DNA of 64,000 bases, taken from positions 32,001 to 96,000 of the forward strand of contig CAWHDZ010000026.1 of the NCBI GenBank assembly GCA_963828255.1, read 5' to 3'. The notes beneath the pieces were generated by a model. That model was not told where the DNA came from, did not search any database, and saw only the letters and a program-made list of their open reading frames with translations. This document shows positions 48,002 through 58,650 of the stretch, piece by piece. The stretch's first letter is position 1. Each line of letters opens with the position of its first letter. The stretch is from an uncultured delta proteobacterium. GTDB lineage: Bacteria > Myxococcota > Myxococcia > Myxococcales > Anaeromyxobacteraceae. The position numbers and the translations under genes are program-made.

Positions 48002-48769
48002 ATGCCGCTCCTGCGCGTGAACAACCTGATACTCCATTTCCGAGGGGTGACGGCCCTCTCGGACGTCAGCTTCGAGGTTCGCCGCGGTGCGTTGCACGCG
48101 GTGATCGGCCCCAACGGCGCCGGAAAGACCAGTCTCCTCAACTGCATCAGCGGGGTCTACCGCCCCCAGCGCGGCAGCATCGCCTTCGACGGCGCCGACG
48201 TCTCGAAGCTCTCCCCGGCCACGCGGACCAAGCTGGGGATCGCCCGGACGTTCCAGAACATCGCCCTCTTCCGGGGAATGACCGTCCTCGACAACCTGCT
48301 CATCGGGCGCCACGTCCACCAGAAGGAGGGCGTGCTGGCCGGCGGGGCCTACTACGGGCCGGCCCGCCGGGAGGAGATCGCCAACCGGGAGATCGTCGAG
48401 GACATCATCGAGTTCCTCGAGATCCAGCACATCCGCAAGAAGACCGTGGGCACGCTGGCCTACGGCCTGCAGAAGCGGGTCGAGCTGGCCCGGGCGCTGG
48501 CCCTCGAGCCCCGCCTCCTGCTCCTCGACGAGCCCATGGCCGGGATGAACGCCGAGGAGAAGGAGGACATGGCCCGCTTCATCCTCGACATCAACGAGGA
48601 CCGGGGGACCACCATGATCATGATCGAGCACGACATGGGCGTGGTGATGGACGTCTCGCACCGGGTCACGGTCCTCTCCTTCGGGGAGAAGATCGCCGAC
48701 GGGACGCCCGAGGAGGTCCAGGGCGATGCGGCCGTCCAGGAAGCCTACCTCGGCCAGGCGCACGGATAG
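48002..48769 (+). CDS. Liv-type ABC transporter ATPase (LivG-like)
   Basis: GPNGAGKT, RTFQN and LLLDEP. Confidence 0.93.
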   Translation: MPLLRVNNLILHFRGVTALSDVSFEVRRGALHAVIGPNGAGKTSLLNCISGVYRPQRGSIAFDGADVSKLSPATRTKLGIARTFQNIALFRGMTVLDNLLIGRHVHQKEGVLAGGAYYGPARREEIANREIVEDIIEFLEIQHIRKKTVGTLAYGLQKRVELARALALEPRLLLLDEPMAGMNAEEKEDMARFILDINEDRGTTMIMIEHDMGVVMDVSHRVTVLSFGEKIADGTPEEVQGDAAVQEAYLGQAHG

Positions 48770-48784
48770 GCGAGGGGACGACGC

Positions 48785-50722
48785 GTGGCCGACATCCTCG
48801 ATCAGCTCCTGGGCAACGACACCTTCCCGAAGCTCCTGGTCCGCAACGCCGGGCTGTACCCCGACAGGGTGGCCATGCGCGAGAAGGAGTTCGGGATCTG
48901 GCAGCCGTTCACCTGGGGTGAATACCACGAGCACGTCCGCGACTTCTCGATGGGGCTGGTGGCCCTGGGCATGCAGCCCGGCGACAAGGTGGCCATCATC
49001 GGGGACAACCGGCCGGAGTGGGTGTGGGCCGAGGTGGCCGCCCAGGGCGCCGGTGGCGCGTCGGTGGGGCTCTACCAGGACTCCAACCTCACCGAGGTGG
49101 CCTTCGTCATCGACCACTGCGACGCCACCTTCGTGGTGGCCGAGGACCAGGAGCAGGTCGACAAGATCCTCGACATGCTCGACAAGCTGCCCAAGGTGCG
49201 GAACGTCGTCTACACCGACCCGCGCGGCCTCCGGAAGTACGAGCACGAGAAGCTCCTCTCCTTCGAGTCGGTCGAGGAGAAGGGGCGCGAGTTCCTCGCG
49301 CACCACCCCGGCGCCTGGGAGGAGCACGTCCGGCGCGGCCGGGTCGAGGACGTGGCCATCATCAGCTACACCTCGGGCACCACCGGGTTTCCCAAGGGGG
49401 CGATGCTCTCCTTCCGGAACCTGCTCTCCATGGCGCTCTCCCTCAACTCGGTGGACCCCAAGCTCCCCGAGGACGAGTTCGTCTCCTTCCTCCCGCTGGC
49501 CTGGATCGGCGAGCAGATGATGTCGCTCTCCTCGGCGCTGGCGGTGGGCTTCACGACGAACTTCCCCGAGCAGCCCGAGACGGTGATGGAGAACATCCGG
49601 GAGATCGGTCCCCACGTGATGTTCGCGCCCCCGCGCATCTGGGAGAACCTGACCTCCACGGTCCAGGTGAAGATCATGGACACCACCCCGTTCAAGCGCT
49701 TCATGTACGAGCGCTGGATGCCGGTGGGGCGCAGGGTGGCCGACCTGCGCTTCCAGAAGAAGCCCATCCCGGCCGGCCTGGCCTTCCTGCACCGGCTCGG
49801 CCACTGGGCGCTCTTCCGCGCCCTCAAGGACCGGCTCGGCTTCACCCACCTGCGCAGCGCCTCCACCGGCGGCGCGGCGCTGGGCCCCGACGTCTTCCGC
49901 TTCTTCCACGCCATGGACGTGCCCCTCAAGCAGATCTACGGGCAGACCGAGATCAGCGGCATCTCCTGCATCCACCGCGACGACGACATCCAGTTCCACA
50001 CCGTGGGTGTCCCCATTCCCGGCACCGAGGTGAAGATCTCCGGCACGGGGGAGATCCTCTCCCGCAGCGAGGCCATCTTCCTCGGCTACTACAAGAACGA
50101 CGAGGCCACCGCCTCCACCGTCTCCGACGGCTGGCTCCACTCCGGCGACGCCGGCTACCTGGCCGAGAACGGCCACCTGGTGGTCATCGACCGCATCAAG
50201 GACGTGATGCAGCTGGCCGACGGCACCCAGTACTCCCCCCAGTTCATCGAGAACCGGCTCAAGTTCTCACCCTTCGTGAAGGAGGCGGTGGTGGTGGGCA
50301 AGGGGCGCCCCTACCTCACCGCCATGCTCAACATCGACATGGGCGTGGTGGGGAAGTGGGCCGAGAAGAACAAGATCTCCTACACCACCTACACCGACCT
50401 CTCCGCCAAGCCCGAGGTCTACGACCTGGTGCAGAAGGAGGTCGACCAGGTCAACGAGACGCTCCCGGCCGCGGCCAGCATCCGCAAGTTCGTGCTGCTC
50501 TACAAGGAGCTCGACGCCGACGACGAGGAGCTGACCCGCACCCGAAAGGTGCGGCGCGGCTTCGTCGAGGAGCGCTACAAGGTGGTCATCGACGCCCTCT
50601 ACGGCGAGGCCGGCGAGGTGGACATCGACACCACCATCAAGTTCCAGGACGGCAAGACCACCCGCATCCAGACCACGCTCCTCGTCCGCCGGCTGCGCGA
50701 GCCGGCCGGGAAGGCCGCCTGA
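48785..50722 (+). CDS. Long-chain acyl-CoA synthetase-like AMP-binding protein
   Basis: YTSGTTGFPKG, YGQTE, WLHSGD and ELTRTRKVRR. Confidence 0.92.
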   Translation: MADILDQLLGNDTFPKLLVRNAGLYPDRVAMREKEFGIWQPFTWGEYHEHVRDFSMGLVALGMQPGDKVAIIGDNRPEWVWAEVAAQGAGGASVGLYQDSNLTEVAFVIDHCDATFVVAEDQEQVDKILDMLDKLPKVRNVVYTDPRGLRKYEHEKLLSFESVEEKGREFLAHHPGAWEEHVRRGRVEDVAIISYTSGTTGFPKGAMLSFRNLLSMALSLNSVDPKLPEDEFVSFLPLAWIGEQMMSLSSALAVGFTTNFPEQPETVMENIREIGPHVMFAPPRIWENLTSTVQVKIMDTTPFKRFMYERWMPVGRRVADLRFQKKPIPAGLAFLHRLGHWALFRALKDRLGFTHLRSASTGGAALGPDVFRFFHAMDVPLKQIYGQTEISGISCIHRDDDIQFHTVGVPIPGTEVKISGTGEILSRSEAIFLGYYKNDEATASTVSDGWLHSGDAGYLAENGHLVVIDRIKDVMQLADGTQYSPQFIENRLKFSPFVKEAVVVGKGRPYLTAMLNIDMGVVGKWAEKNKISYTTYTDLSAKPEVYDLVQKEVDQVNETLPAAASIRKFVLLYKELDADDEELTRTRKVRRGFVEERYKVVIDALYGEAGEVDIDTTIKFQDGKTTRIQTTLLVRRLREPAGKAA

Positions 50723-51609
50723 TGGAATTCTTCCTCCAGCTCGTGCTCAACGGGATCGTGGTGGGGAGCATCTACTCCCTGGTCGGCCTGGGCTTCGTGG
50801 TCATCTACAAGTCCACCAGCGTGCTCAACTTCGCCCAGGGCGAGTTCCTGGTGCTGGGCGCCTACGTCTGCCTCACCCTCACGGTGCAGCACCAGGTCCC
50901 CTTCTTCTGGTCCTTCCTCATCACGCTGGTCTTCTCGGCGCTGCTCGGCATCCTCACCGAGCGTCTCATCCTGCGCCCCATGATCGGCGAGCCGGTCATC
51001 TCGCTCATCATGGTGACGCTGGGGCTCTCCTCGCTCCTCAAGGCCATCATCCAGGGCATCTGGGGCACCGACCTGCGCCCCTTCCCCGACATCTTCCCGG
51101 CCGAGCCGGTGCAGATCGGCCCGCTGCCGGTCTCGCAGGGCTACCTCATCAGCCTGGTGAGCGTGATCATCCTGCTCGTCATCTTCACGCTCTTCTTCAA
51201 GTTCACCCGGGCCGGCGTGGCCATGCGCGCCACCGCCTTCTCCCAGCAAGTTTCGCTCTCGATGGGCATCTCGGTGAAGCGCATCTTCGCGCTGGCATGG
51301 TCCATCGCCGCGGTGGTCTCGGCCATCGGCGGGGTGCTGCTGGCCGGGATCCGGGGCGGCCTCGACGGGGCCATGGCGTTCTTCGGCCTCAAGGTCATCC
51401 CGGTGGTGATCCTGGGCGGCCTCGACTCCGTCGCCGGCGCAATCGTGGGCGGCCCCATCATGGGCATCCTGGAGAACCTGGCGGGCGGCTACCTGGATCC
51501 GCTGGTGGGAGGCGGGGCCAAGGAGGTCGCGCCCTTCTTCATCCTGGTGCTCATCCTCAGCATCAAGCCATACGGGCTCTTCGGCAAGGTCAAGATCGAG
51601 CGGGTCTAG
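50722..51609 (+). CDS. Liv-type ABC permease (LivH-like)
   Basis: GSIYSLVGLGF....NFAQGE, G.AMRA, ILGGL.S and KPYGLFG. Confidence 0.92.
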   Translation: MEFFLQLVLNGIVVGSIYSLVGLGFVVIYKSTSVLNFAQGEFLVLGAYVCLTLTVQHQVPFFWSFLITLVFSALLGILTERLILRPMIGEPVISLIMVTLGLSSLLKAIIQGIWGTDLRPFPDIFPAEPVQIGPLPVSQGYLISLVSVIILLVIFTLFFKFTRAGVAMRATAFSQQVSLSMGISVKRIFALAWSIAAVVSAIGGVLLAGIRGGLDGAMAFFGLKVIPVVILGGLDSVAGAIVGGPIMGILENLAGGYLDPLVGGGAKEVAPFFILVLILSIKPYGLFGKVKIERV

Positions 51610-51619
51610 GAGAGCACGG

Positions 51620-52663
51620 ATGCGCTGTGGGGACTTTCGCCAGAGCTACGCCGAGGACATGGCCCTCTTCGACTCGCCGTTGCCGCGGGTCCTGCTCACC
51701 GGCCTGCTGCTCTTCCTGCTGGTGCTGCCGCAGTTCGCCACCACCTACTGGCTCGACGTCCTGAACCGCATCTTCATCGCCATCATCGGGGCCATGGGGC
51801 TGAACGTGGTCACCGGCTTCACCGGCCTCATCTCGCTGGGAACCGCGGCCTTCCTGGCGGTGGGCGGATACGCCACGGCGGCCATGGCCGGCAAGGCCGG
51901 CCTCCCCTTCGTGGTGGTGATCCCGCTCTCCGGGCTCATCACCGCCGCGGTGGGACTGGTCTTCGGCATCCCGTCCCTGCGGCTCAAGGGGCTCTACCTC
52001 GCGGTGGCCACGCTGGCCGCCCACTACATGGTCGAGTTCACCGTCACCCACTGGGAGCACATGACCGGCGGGGTGAACGGCATCTCCATCCCGGCCGCGC
52101 AGTTCGCCGGGATCGAGCTCAAGGACGATCGGGGGATCTACTACCTGGTCTTCCCGATCATGGTCGGGCTGCTCTTCTTCACGAAGAACCTCTTCCGCAC
52201 CAAGGTGGGCAAGGCCTTCGTGGCCATCCGCGACCAGGACATCTCCGCGGAGGTCATGGGGGTGGACGTCTTCCGCTACAAGCTGCTGGCCTTCGCGGTC
52301 TCCAGCTTCCTCATCGGCGTGGCCGGATCGCTGCTCGCCTACCAGGGGCGCATCATCAGCCCGGAGAACTTCCCCATCACGCTGGCCATCGACTACCTGG
52401 GCATGATCATCATCGGCGGCCTGGGCTCGGTGCTGGGCTCCATCTTCGGCGCCATCTTCATCACGCTGCTGCCCGAGATCCTCCGCCTGGCCACCGACGC
52501 GCTCGGCAACCACTGGCCCGGGCTCATGGTCATCGTGGCCCCCATCAAGACCGGCGTCTTCGGCCTGGTGGTGATCCTCTTCCTGATCTTCGAGCCGGAC
52601 GGCATGGCCGCCCGGTGGCACCACATCAAGGCGTACTGGAAGCTGTATCCGTTCTCGTACTAG
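51620..52663 (+). CDS. Liv-type ABC permease (LivM-like)
   Basis: GLN...G.TG.ISLG, LRLKGLYLAVATL, TGG.NG and IIGGLGS. Confidence 0.92.
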   Translation: MRCGDFRQSYAEDMALFDSPLPRVLLTGLLLFLLVLPQFATTYWLDVLNRIFIAIIGAMGLNVVTGFTGLISLGTAAFLAVGGYATAAMAGKAGLPFVVVIPLSGLITAAVGLVFGIPSLRLKGLYLAVATLAAHYMVEFTVTHWEHMTGGVNGISIPAAQFAGIELKDDRGIYYLVFPIMVGLLFFTKNLFRTKVGKAFVAIRDQDISAEVMGVDVFRYKLLAFAVSSFLIGVAGSLLAYQGRIISPENFPITLAIDYLGMIIIGGLGSVLGSIFGAIFITLLPEILRLATDALGNHWPGLMVIVAPIKTGVFGLVVILFLIFEPDGMAARWHHIKAYWKLYPFSY

Positions 52664-52715
52664 CAGCCCGGCAGCGAGCCCCGCGCAGTTGACCGTCAGT
52701 GACACAGGAGATGAC

Positions 52716-53915
52716 ATGACCCCACGCAAGACCCTCGGAACCATCGTCGCCGCAGCCCTTCTCGCCCTCGCGCCCTCCTGGGCCTCCGCCCAGCAGGAGA
52801 TCAAGGTCGGTGGGATCTTCGACCTCACCGGCGTCACCTCGGACGTCGGCAAGCCCTTCGCCCAGGGCGTGCAGGACGCCGTGGCCTGGGTGAACGACAA
52901 CGGCGGCATCAACGGCAAGAAGATCAAGCTCATCGGCGCCGACTACGCCTACAAGATCGACCAGGCCCGCGCCCTCTACAAGAAGCTCGTCAACGACGAC
53001 AAGGTCATCATGATCCAGGGCTGGGGCACCGGCGACACCGAGGCGCTCAAGGACTTCGTGGGCCAGGACAAGGTGCCGTACTTCTCGGCCTCCTTCTCGG
53101 CCCCGCTCTCCGATCCGGCCAAGTTCCCCTACAACTTCTTCGTGGCCCCCACCTACTCCGACCAGCTGCGCTCCTGGCTCGACTGGGTGAAGCAGGACTA
53201 CGCCAAGGCGGGAGGCAAGGGGAAGGCCAAGGTGGCCTTCATGTACGGCGACAACGCCTACGGCAAGTCCCCCATCGCCGCCGGAAGGAAGTACGCGGCC
53301 GAGATCGGCATCGACGTGGTCGACGAGGCCATCCTGCCCGGCAACCTCCAGGACGCCACCAGCCAGCTGCTCACCATGAAGCAGAAGGGGGTGGAGTACG
53401 CCTACATCAACGTGACCACCACGGGCGTGTCACTGGTGCTCCGCGACGCCAAGAAGCTCGGCATGACCGTCAAGTTCGGCTCGAACCCCTACGGCTTCTC
53501 CGAGTCGCTGGTGAAGCTGGCGGGGCCGCTCGCCGAGGGCGTCACCGGCGTCATGCCTCACGCGCCCTACGGGACGCCGGTTCCCGGGATGGCGAACGTG
53601 GTCGCCATGCACGACAAGCTGCGCTCCGGCGAGATCGGCGACGCACTGTACGTGCGCGGCTACACCTACGTGATGGTCTGGTCGGAGGCGCTCAAGCGCG
53701 CCGACAAGGCTGGCCAGCTCAACGGCCCGGGCGTGAAGGCGGCCACCGAGACGCTGGCCGACTTCTCCACCGGCGGCCTCTCCCAGTCGGTGACCTACAC
53801 CCCCACCGACCACCGCCCCACCATGACCACGAGCATCTACCAGGTCCAGGGCGGCAAGCTGGTGAAGATCGGCGACTACATCATGCCGCGCACCAAGGAG
53901 TGGCTGGGGTTGTAG
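52716..53915 (+). CDS. Liv-type ABC substrate-binding protein
   Basis: Signal peptide; IKVG...DLTG, N..GGING; type I periplasmic-binding pattern; AGGAG SD. Confidence 0.92.
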   Translation: MTPRKTLGTIVAAALLALAPSWASAQQEIKVGGIFDLTGVTSDVGKPFAQGVQDAVAWVNDNGGINGKKIKLIGADYAYKIDQARALYKKLVNDDKVIMIQGWGTGDTEALKDFVGQDKVPYFSASFSAPLSDPAKFPYNFFVAPTYSDQLRSWLDWVKQDYAKAGGKGKAKVAFMYGDNAYGKSPIAAGRKYAAEIGIDVVDEAILPGNLQDATSQLLTMKQKGVEYAYINVTTTGVSLVLRDAKKLGMTVKFGSNPYGFSESLVKLAGPLAEGVTGVMPHAPYGTPVPGMANVVAMHDKLRSGEIGDALYVRGYTYVMVWSEALKRADKAGQLNGPGVKAATETLADFSTGGLSQSVTYTPTDHRPTMTTSIYQVQGGKLVKIGDYIMPRTKEWLGL

Positions 53916-53944
53916 ACGAGTGACGTAGGCGATCGATGAAGCTT

Positions 53945-53972
53945 GCGGGCGGGACCGAACGGTCCCGCCCGC
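53945..53972. other. Perfect 12-bp intergenic hairpin after the binding-protein gene
   Basis: GCGGGCGGGACC-GAAC-GGTCCCGCCCGC with no U-tract; mRNA stabiliser or partial terminator. Confidence 0.7.
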
Positions 53973-53988
53973 TGCTAAGGGGTGAAGA

Positions 53989-54783
53989 ATGCTCGAGCTG
54001 AAGAACGTCGAGGTCATCTACGACGACGTGATCCTGGTGCTGAAGGGGCTCTCCCTCTCGGTGCCGGAGGGGAAGATCGTCGCGCTCCTCGGCTCGAACG
54101 GCGCCGGCAAGTCCACCACCCTGAAGGCCATCTCCGGCCTCCTGCGCAGCGAGGAGGGGGAGGTCACCGACGGCGGCATCTTCTTCGAGGGGCAGCCGAT
54201 GCACGAGCTCCCCCCGGAGACGGTCGTCCGGCGCGGGATCTTCCAGGTCATGGAGGGACGCCGGGTCTTCGAGGACCTCACCGTCGAGGAGAACATCGAC
54301 ATGGGGGGCTACATCCGCAACGACCGGGCCGGCCTGAGGGCCGACAAGGAGGCCTGCTACGAGTTCTTCCCCCGCCTCAAGGAGCGGCGGAAGAAGCTGG
54401 CCGGCTACCTCTCCGGGGGCGAGCAGCAGATGCTCGCCATCAGCCGCGCCCTCATGGCGCGCCCCAAGCTCATGATGCTCGACGAGCCCTCGCTGGGGCT
54501 CGCCCCCCTGCTGGTCGCCGAGATCTTCCGGATCATCAAGCGCATCAACGAGGAGCGGAAGACCACCATCCTGCTCGTCGAGCAGAACGCCAACCTGGCG
54601 CTGTCCATCGCCGACTACGGCTACATCATGGAGAGCGGGCGGGTGGTCCTCGACGGCGATCCGACGAAGCTCCGCTCCAACGAGGACGTGAAGGAGTTCT
54701 ACCTGGGCGGCGGCGGCGAGGGCGGCAAGAAGAGCTACAAGAACCTCAAGTTCTACAAGCGAAGGAAGCGGTGGTTGTCATAG
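53989..54783 (+). CDS. Liv-type ABC ATPase (LivF-like)
   Basis: GSNGAGKST, LSGGEQQML, LDEPSLGLAP and VEQN. Confidence 0.94.
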   Translation: MLELKNVEVIYDDVILVLKGLSLSVPEGKIVALLGSNGAGKSTTLKAISGLLRSEEGEVTDGGIFFEGQPMHELPPETVVRRGIFQVMEGRRVFEDLTVEENIDMGGYIRNDRAGLRADKEACYEFFPRLKERRKKLAGYLSGGEQQMLAISRALMARPKLMMLDEPSLGLAPLLVAEIFRIIKRINEERKTTILLVEQNANLALSIADYGYIMESGRVVLDGDPTKLRSNEDVKEFYLGGGGEGGKKSYKNLKFYKRRKRWLS

Positions 54784-54844
54784 CAAGGCCGTCAGGCCGC
54801 GCAGGAACCACATCACGAATCCTCCACATCCCCGGAAGGATCGC

Positions 54845-56113
54845 ATGCCCCCCCTCCGCCCTTCCCGCATCCACGATCCCGCTGTCGAGTCCCAGTCCCC
54901 CGAGGCCCGCCGCGCCCAGCAGGGCGAGCGGCTCCGCCGCACCGTGGCCCACGCCTTCGCCCGCGCTCCCCGCGCGCGCCGCACCCTCGAGGCCGCCGGC
55001 ATCGACCCGGCCTCCGTCCACGGCCTCGACGACCTCCTGCGCATCCCGGTGACCCGCAAGGATGCGCTCCCCGCCGCCCAGGCCGAGGAGCCGCCCTTCG
55101 CCGGTCTCACCGCGGTGGACCCGGGCCAGCTGGCCCGCATCTTCATGTCGCCCGGCCCCATCTACGACCCGCAGGGCGCCCACGACGACTTCTGGCGCTT
55201 CCGCCACGCGCTCGCCTCGGCCGGATTCCGCGCCGGCGACGTGGCCCACAACTCGGCCTCCTACCACCTGACCCCGCTCGGCTTCATGCTCGACGCCGGC
55301 GCCCGGGCCCTGGGCTGCGCGGTGATCCCAGCGGGCGTCGGCCAGACCGAACTTCAAGTAAAGGTCGCGGCCCATGTGCGGGCCACCGCCTACCTCGGCC
55401 TCCCCAGCTTCCTGCACGCCCTGCTCACGAAGGCACGCGAGCTCGGAACGCCGCTGGCGCTCGAGGCGGCCTTCGTCATCGCCGAGATGCTGCCCGAGTC
55501 GCTGCGCAGCGAGATCCAGGACGGGTTCGGTGTCCGGGTCCTGCAGGGCTACGGAACGGCCGATCTGGGATGCCTGGCCTACGAGTGCCCGGAGAAGGGG
55601 GGCTGGCACGTGCACCCCGAGGCCGTCGTCGAGGTGCTCGACCTCGAGACCGGGAAGCCCGCCGGGCCCGGCCAGCCGGGCGAGGTGGTGGGGACCCTCT
55701 TCGACGTGGCCTATCCGCTGCTCCGCTTCGGGACCGGAGACCTCTCCTCGCTGGGGCCGGAGGAGGCTTGCGGCTGCGGACGCACCACGCAGAAGCTGCT
55801 CGGCCTGCTCGGCCGGGTGGGGGACGGGGTCAAGGTGAAGGGGATGTTCATCCGCGCCGGGCAGATCGACGGCGTGATGAAGCGCTTCGCCGAGGTGACG
55901 AATTGGCAGGCGGTGGTGACCCGGGACGCCCACCTCGACCGGCTCGAGTACGTGGTCGAGCTCTCCGCCCCCGACGCCGGCGGCGCGCTGGGGGCGCGCC
56001 TGGCCGAGGCGCTGCGCGACGAGGTCAAGGTGAAGGGCGACGTCCGGGGCGCCGCGGCGGGCGCGATCCCGCCGGGGGCGAAGCGAATCGACGACCGGCG
56101 CGTCTGGAAGTAA
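54845..56113 (+). CDS. Phenylacetate-CoA ligase-like (PaaK family) protein
   Basis: DL..IPVTRK, YGTADLG..AYEC, YPLLRFGTGD and KVKGMFI; atypical P-loop. Confidence 0.8.
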   Translation: MPPLRPSRIHDPAVESQSPEARRAQQGERLRRTVAHAFARAPRARRTLEAAGIDPASVHGLDDLLRIPVTRKDALPAAQAEEPPFAGLTAVDPGQLARIFMSPGPIYDPQGAHDDFWRFRHALASAGFRAGDVAHNSASYHLTPLGFMLDAGARALGCAVIPAGVGQTELQVKVAAHVRATAYLGLPSFLHALLTKARELGTPLALEAAFVIAEMLPESLRSEIQDGFGVRVLQGYGTADLGCLAYECPEKGGWHVHPEAVVEVLDLETGKPAGPGQPGEVVGTLFDVAYPLLRFGTGDLSSLGPEEACGCGRTTQKLLGLLGRVGDGVKVKGMFIRAGQIDGVMKRFAEVTNWQAVVTRDAHLDRLEYVVELSAPDAGGALGARLAEALRDEVKVKGDVRGAAAGAIPPGAKRIDDRRVWK

Positions 56114-56125
56114 GCTCCTCGGTCG

Positions 56126-56509
56126 ATGCGCGGCATCCGGGGCGCGACCCAGATCGAGGAGAACACCGTTCCGGCCATGGAAGAGGCCGTGGCGGAGCTC
56201 TGCGCAGCGCTCTGCGAGCGGAACGCCATCCGCCCCGAGGACATCGGCTGGGCCATCTTCACGGTGACCCACGACCTCGACGCCGACTTTCCGGCCCGCG
56301 CCGCCCGCGTCCGCAACGGCTGGCACCAGGTCCCCATGATCTGCTCGCGCGAGATCCCGGTCCCCGGGTCCCTGCCGCGGATCATCCGGGTGCTGCTCCA
56401 CGTCGAGTCGATCGACCGGCCGGTGCGTCACGTCTACCTTCGCGGGGCCCGCGTGCTCCGTCCCGACCTCGCCGACCCGGAGGTCCCGCCGGCGACCGGT
56501 GGGAGGTGA
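56126..56509 (+). CDS. aroH: Chorismate mutase, AroH type
   Basis: RGIRGAT, FTVT.DL.A.FPA, EI.VPGSL..IIR and HVYL.GA..LRPDL. Confidence 0.95.
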   Translation: MRGIRGATQIEENTVPAMEEAVAELCAALCERNAIRPEDIGWAIFTVTHDLDADFPARAARVRNGWHQVPMICSREIPVPGSLPRIIRVLLHVESIDRPVRHVYLRGARVLRPDLADPEVPPATGGR

Positions 56510-56512
56510 GGC

Positions 56513-57364
56513 GTGCCCGGTGACCCCAGGCTGCCCCGCAGGGTGGGCATCGTCGGGCTCGGCCTCATGGGCGGATCGCTCGCCCGGGGGCTCAAGGCCA
56601 TCGACCCCACCGTGCACGTGGCCGCGGCCGAGTCCCGCGCCGAGGTGCGGGGGCGCGCCGTGGCCGACGGGGTGGTGGACGCGGTGCACGGGTCGCCTGG
56701 CCCCTGGCTCTTCGATCGGGAGGTCGTGGTGCTCTGCACGCCGGTGGCGGCCATCGAGGAACTGATCGGACCGGTGTCGCGGGCCATGCCCGACGGAGCG
56801 GTGCTCACCGACGTGGGGGGCGCCAAGGAGCGGGTCTTCGAGGTGGCCCACCGGGACGGCGATCCGCGCGTCTCCTTCGTGGGGGCCCACCCCATGTTCG
56901 GCGGTCGCGGCGGCTACGAGGGGGCCAGGGCCGACCGCTGGAACGGAGGGACGGTGGCCATCTGCACCGACGGTGCGCTCCCCTCCGCGGTGGCGCGGAT
57001 CACCGCGCTGCACGAGGCCCTGGGCGCGCGCACCGCCCCTTGCACCGCCGCCGAGCACGACGCCGCCGTGGCCCTGGTCTCCCACCTTCCCTACCTGCTC
57101 GCGAGCGCGCTCTCGCTGGCCGCCAAGGAGGCCGGGCCGCTGGCCCGCCTGCTCTCCGGGCCGGGGATGAACGACATGACCCGGCTGGCCGGCTTCGCCT
57201 TCGACATCCAGGGGGAGGTGGCGCGCCGCAACGCCCACGTCCCGGAGGCGGCGCGGCTGCTCGAGCGGCACCTGACGCGGATCCTGTCCGCCATCGCCGA
57301 CTCCCCGGGTGCTGCCCGGGAGGCGCTCGAGGAGGCCCGCGGGGCCCGGGAGGCGCTCTTTTGA
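56513..57364 (+). CDS. tyrA: Prephenate/arogenate dehydrogenase
   Basis: [29 protein letters not shown] and DMTRLA. Confidence 0.92.
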   Translation: MPGDPRLPRRVGIVGLGLMGGSLARGLKAIDPTVHVAAAESRAEVRGRAVADGVVDAVHGSPGPWLFDREVVVLCTPVAAIEELIGPVSRAMPDGAVLTDVGGAKERVFEVAHRDGDPRVSFVGAHPMFGGRGGYEGARADRWNGGTVAICTDGALPSAVARITALHEALGARTAPCTAAEHDAAVALVSHLPYLLASALSLAAKEAGPLARLLSGPGMNDMTRLAGFAFDIQGEVARRNAHVPEAARLLERHLTRILSAIADSPGAAREALEEARGAREALF

Positions 57365-58650
57365 AAGGCCCGGTCACCTGCCGCCGCCGCGGCCCGATCC
57401 GCGGCTCCTTCGAGGTGCCCGGCGACAAGTCGGTCTCGCACCGGTCGCTCCTCTTCGCCGCGCTGGCCGAGGGCGAGACCCGGGTGCGTGGCCTGCTCCG
57501 CGCCGAGGACGTCCACTCCACGTGGAAGGCGGTGGAGCGCCTGGGCGCCCGGGTGCGCGAGGAGGGGGATCTCGTGGTGGTCACGCCGCCGGCCCGGCTC
57601 GGCGAGCCCGACGACGTCATCGACTGCGGCAACTCGGGCACGAGCCTGAGGCTGCTGGCCGGGGTGCTGGCCGGGGTGCCGGGGCTCTCGGTCCTGACCG
57701 GCGACGCCTCGCTGCGCCGCCGACCGGTGAAGCGGGTGGTGGAGCCGCTCCGGCGCATGGGCGGCATCCTGGAGGCCCGCGACGGCGACCGGCTCCCGCC
57801 GCTTGTCATCCGGGGGCAGCGGCTCCGTGGGACGCGGCACGTGCTCCAGGTGGCGAGCGCCCAGGTGAAGTCGGCCATCCTGCTGGCCGGGCTCTCCGCC
57901 GAGGGGGAGACCGTGGTCGAGGAGCCGGCGCTCTCCCGCGACCACACCGAGCGCATGCTCCGGCGCATGGGCGCCGACATCACCGTGGACGGGCTGCGGG
58001 TGACCATCCGCCCCTCCGGCCTGCGCGGGGGCGAGGTGGACGTGCCCGGCGACATCTCCTCTGCGGCCTTCTTCCTCTGCGCGGCGGCCGGCCTCCCCGG
58101 CTCGGAGGTGACCGCGCTCGGCCTGGGCACCAACCCCACCCGCACCGGGGTGCTCGACGTCCTGCGCGCCATGGGCGCCGACGTCGAGGTGGCGAACGAG
58201 CGCGAGAGCGCCGGCGAGCCGCGCGCCGACGTCACGGTGCGTGGATCCCGGCTCGAGGCGGTGACCATCGAGGGGGCCATCGTGCCGCGCCTCATCGACG
58301 AGCTGCCGGTCATCATGGTCCTCGCCACCCAGGCCGAGGGGCGCACCGTCATCCGCGACGCCCGGGAGCTGCGGGTGAAGGAGTCGGACCGGCTGCTGGT
58401 CATGGGGGAGGCGCTGGCCGCCGCCGGGGCCCGCATCGAGCTCTTCGACGACGGCTGCGCCATCACCGGGCCCACCCCGCTCCACGGCACCTCGGTGCGG
58501 ACCCGCATGGACCACCGGGTGGCCATGAGCATGGCGGTGGCCCAGCTCTTCGCCGCCGGGGACGAGGTGCTCCTCGACGACGCGGCCTGCGTGGACACCA
58601 GCTTCCCGTCCTTCTTCCCGATCCTCGATCGGCTTTCGGAGGGCAGATGA
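57361..58650 (+). CDS. aroA: EPSP synthase
   Basis: [32 protein letters not shown] and DHRVAM; TTG start overlaps the tyrA stop. Confidence 0.97.
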   Translation: MKGPVTCRRRGPIRGSFEVPGDKSVSHRSLLFAALAEGETRVRGLLRAEDVHSTWKAVERLGARVREEGDLVVVTPPARLGEPDDVIDCGNSGTSLRLLAGVLAGVPGLSVLTGDASLRRRPVKRVVEPLRRMGGILEARDGDRLPPLVIRGQRLRGTRHVLQVASAQVKSAILLAGLSAEGETVVEEPALSRDHTERMLRRMGADITVDGLRVTIRPSGLRGGEVDVPGDISSAAFFLCAAAGLPGSEVTALGLGTNPTRTGVLDVLRAMGADVEVANERESAGEPRADVTVRGSRLEAVTIEGAIVPRLIDELPVIMVLATQAEGRTVIRDARELRVKESDRLLVMGEALAAAGARIELFDDGCAITGPTPLHGTSVRTRMDHRVAMSMAVAQLFAAGDEVLLDDAACVDTSFPSFFPILDRLSEGR

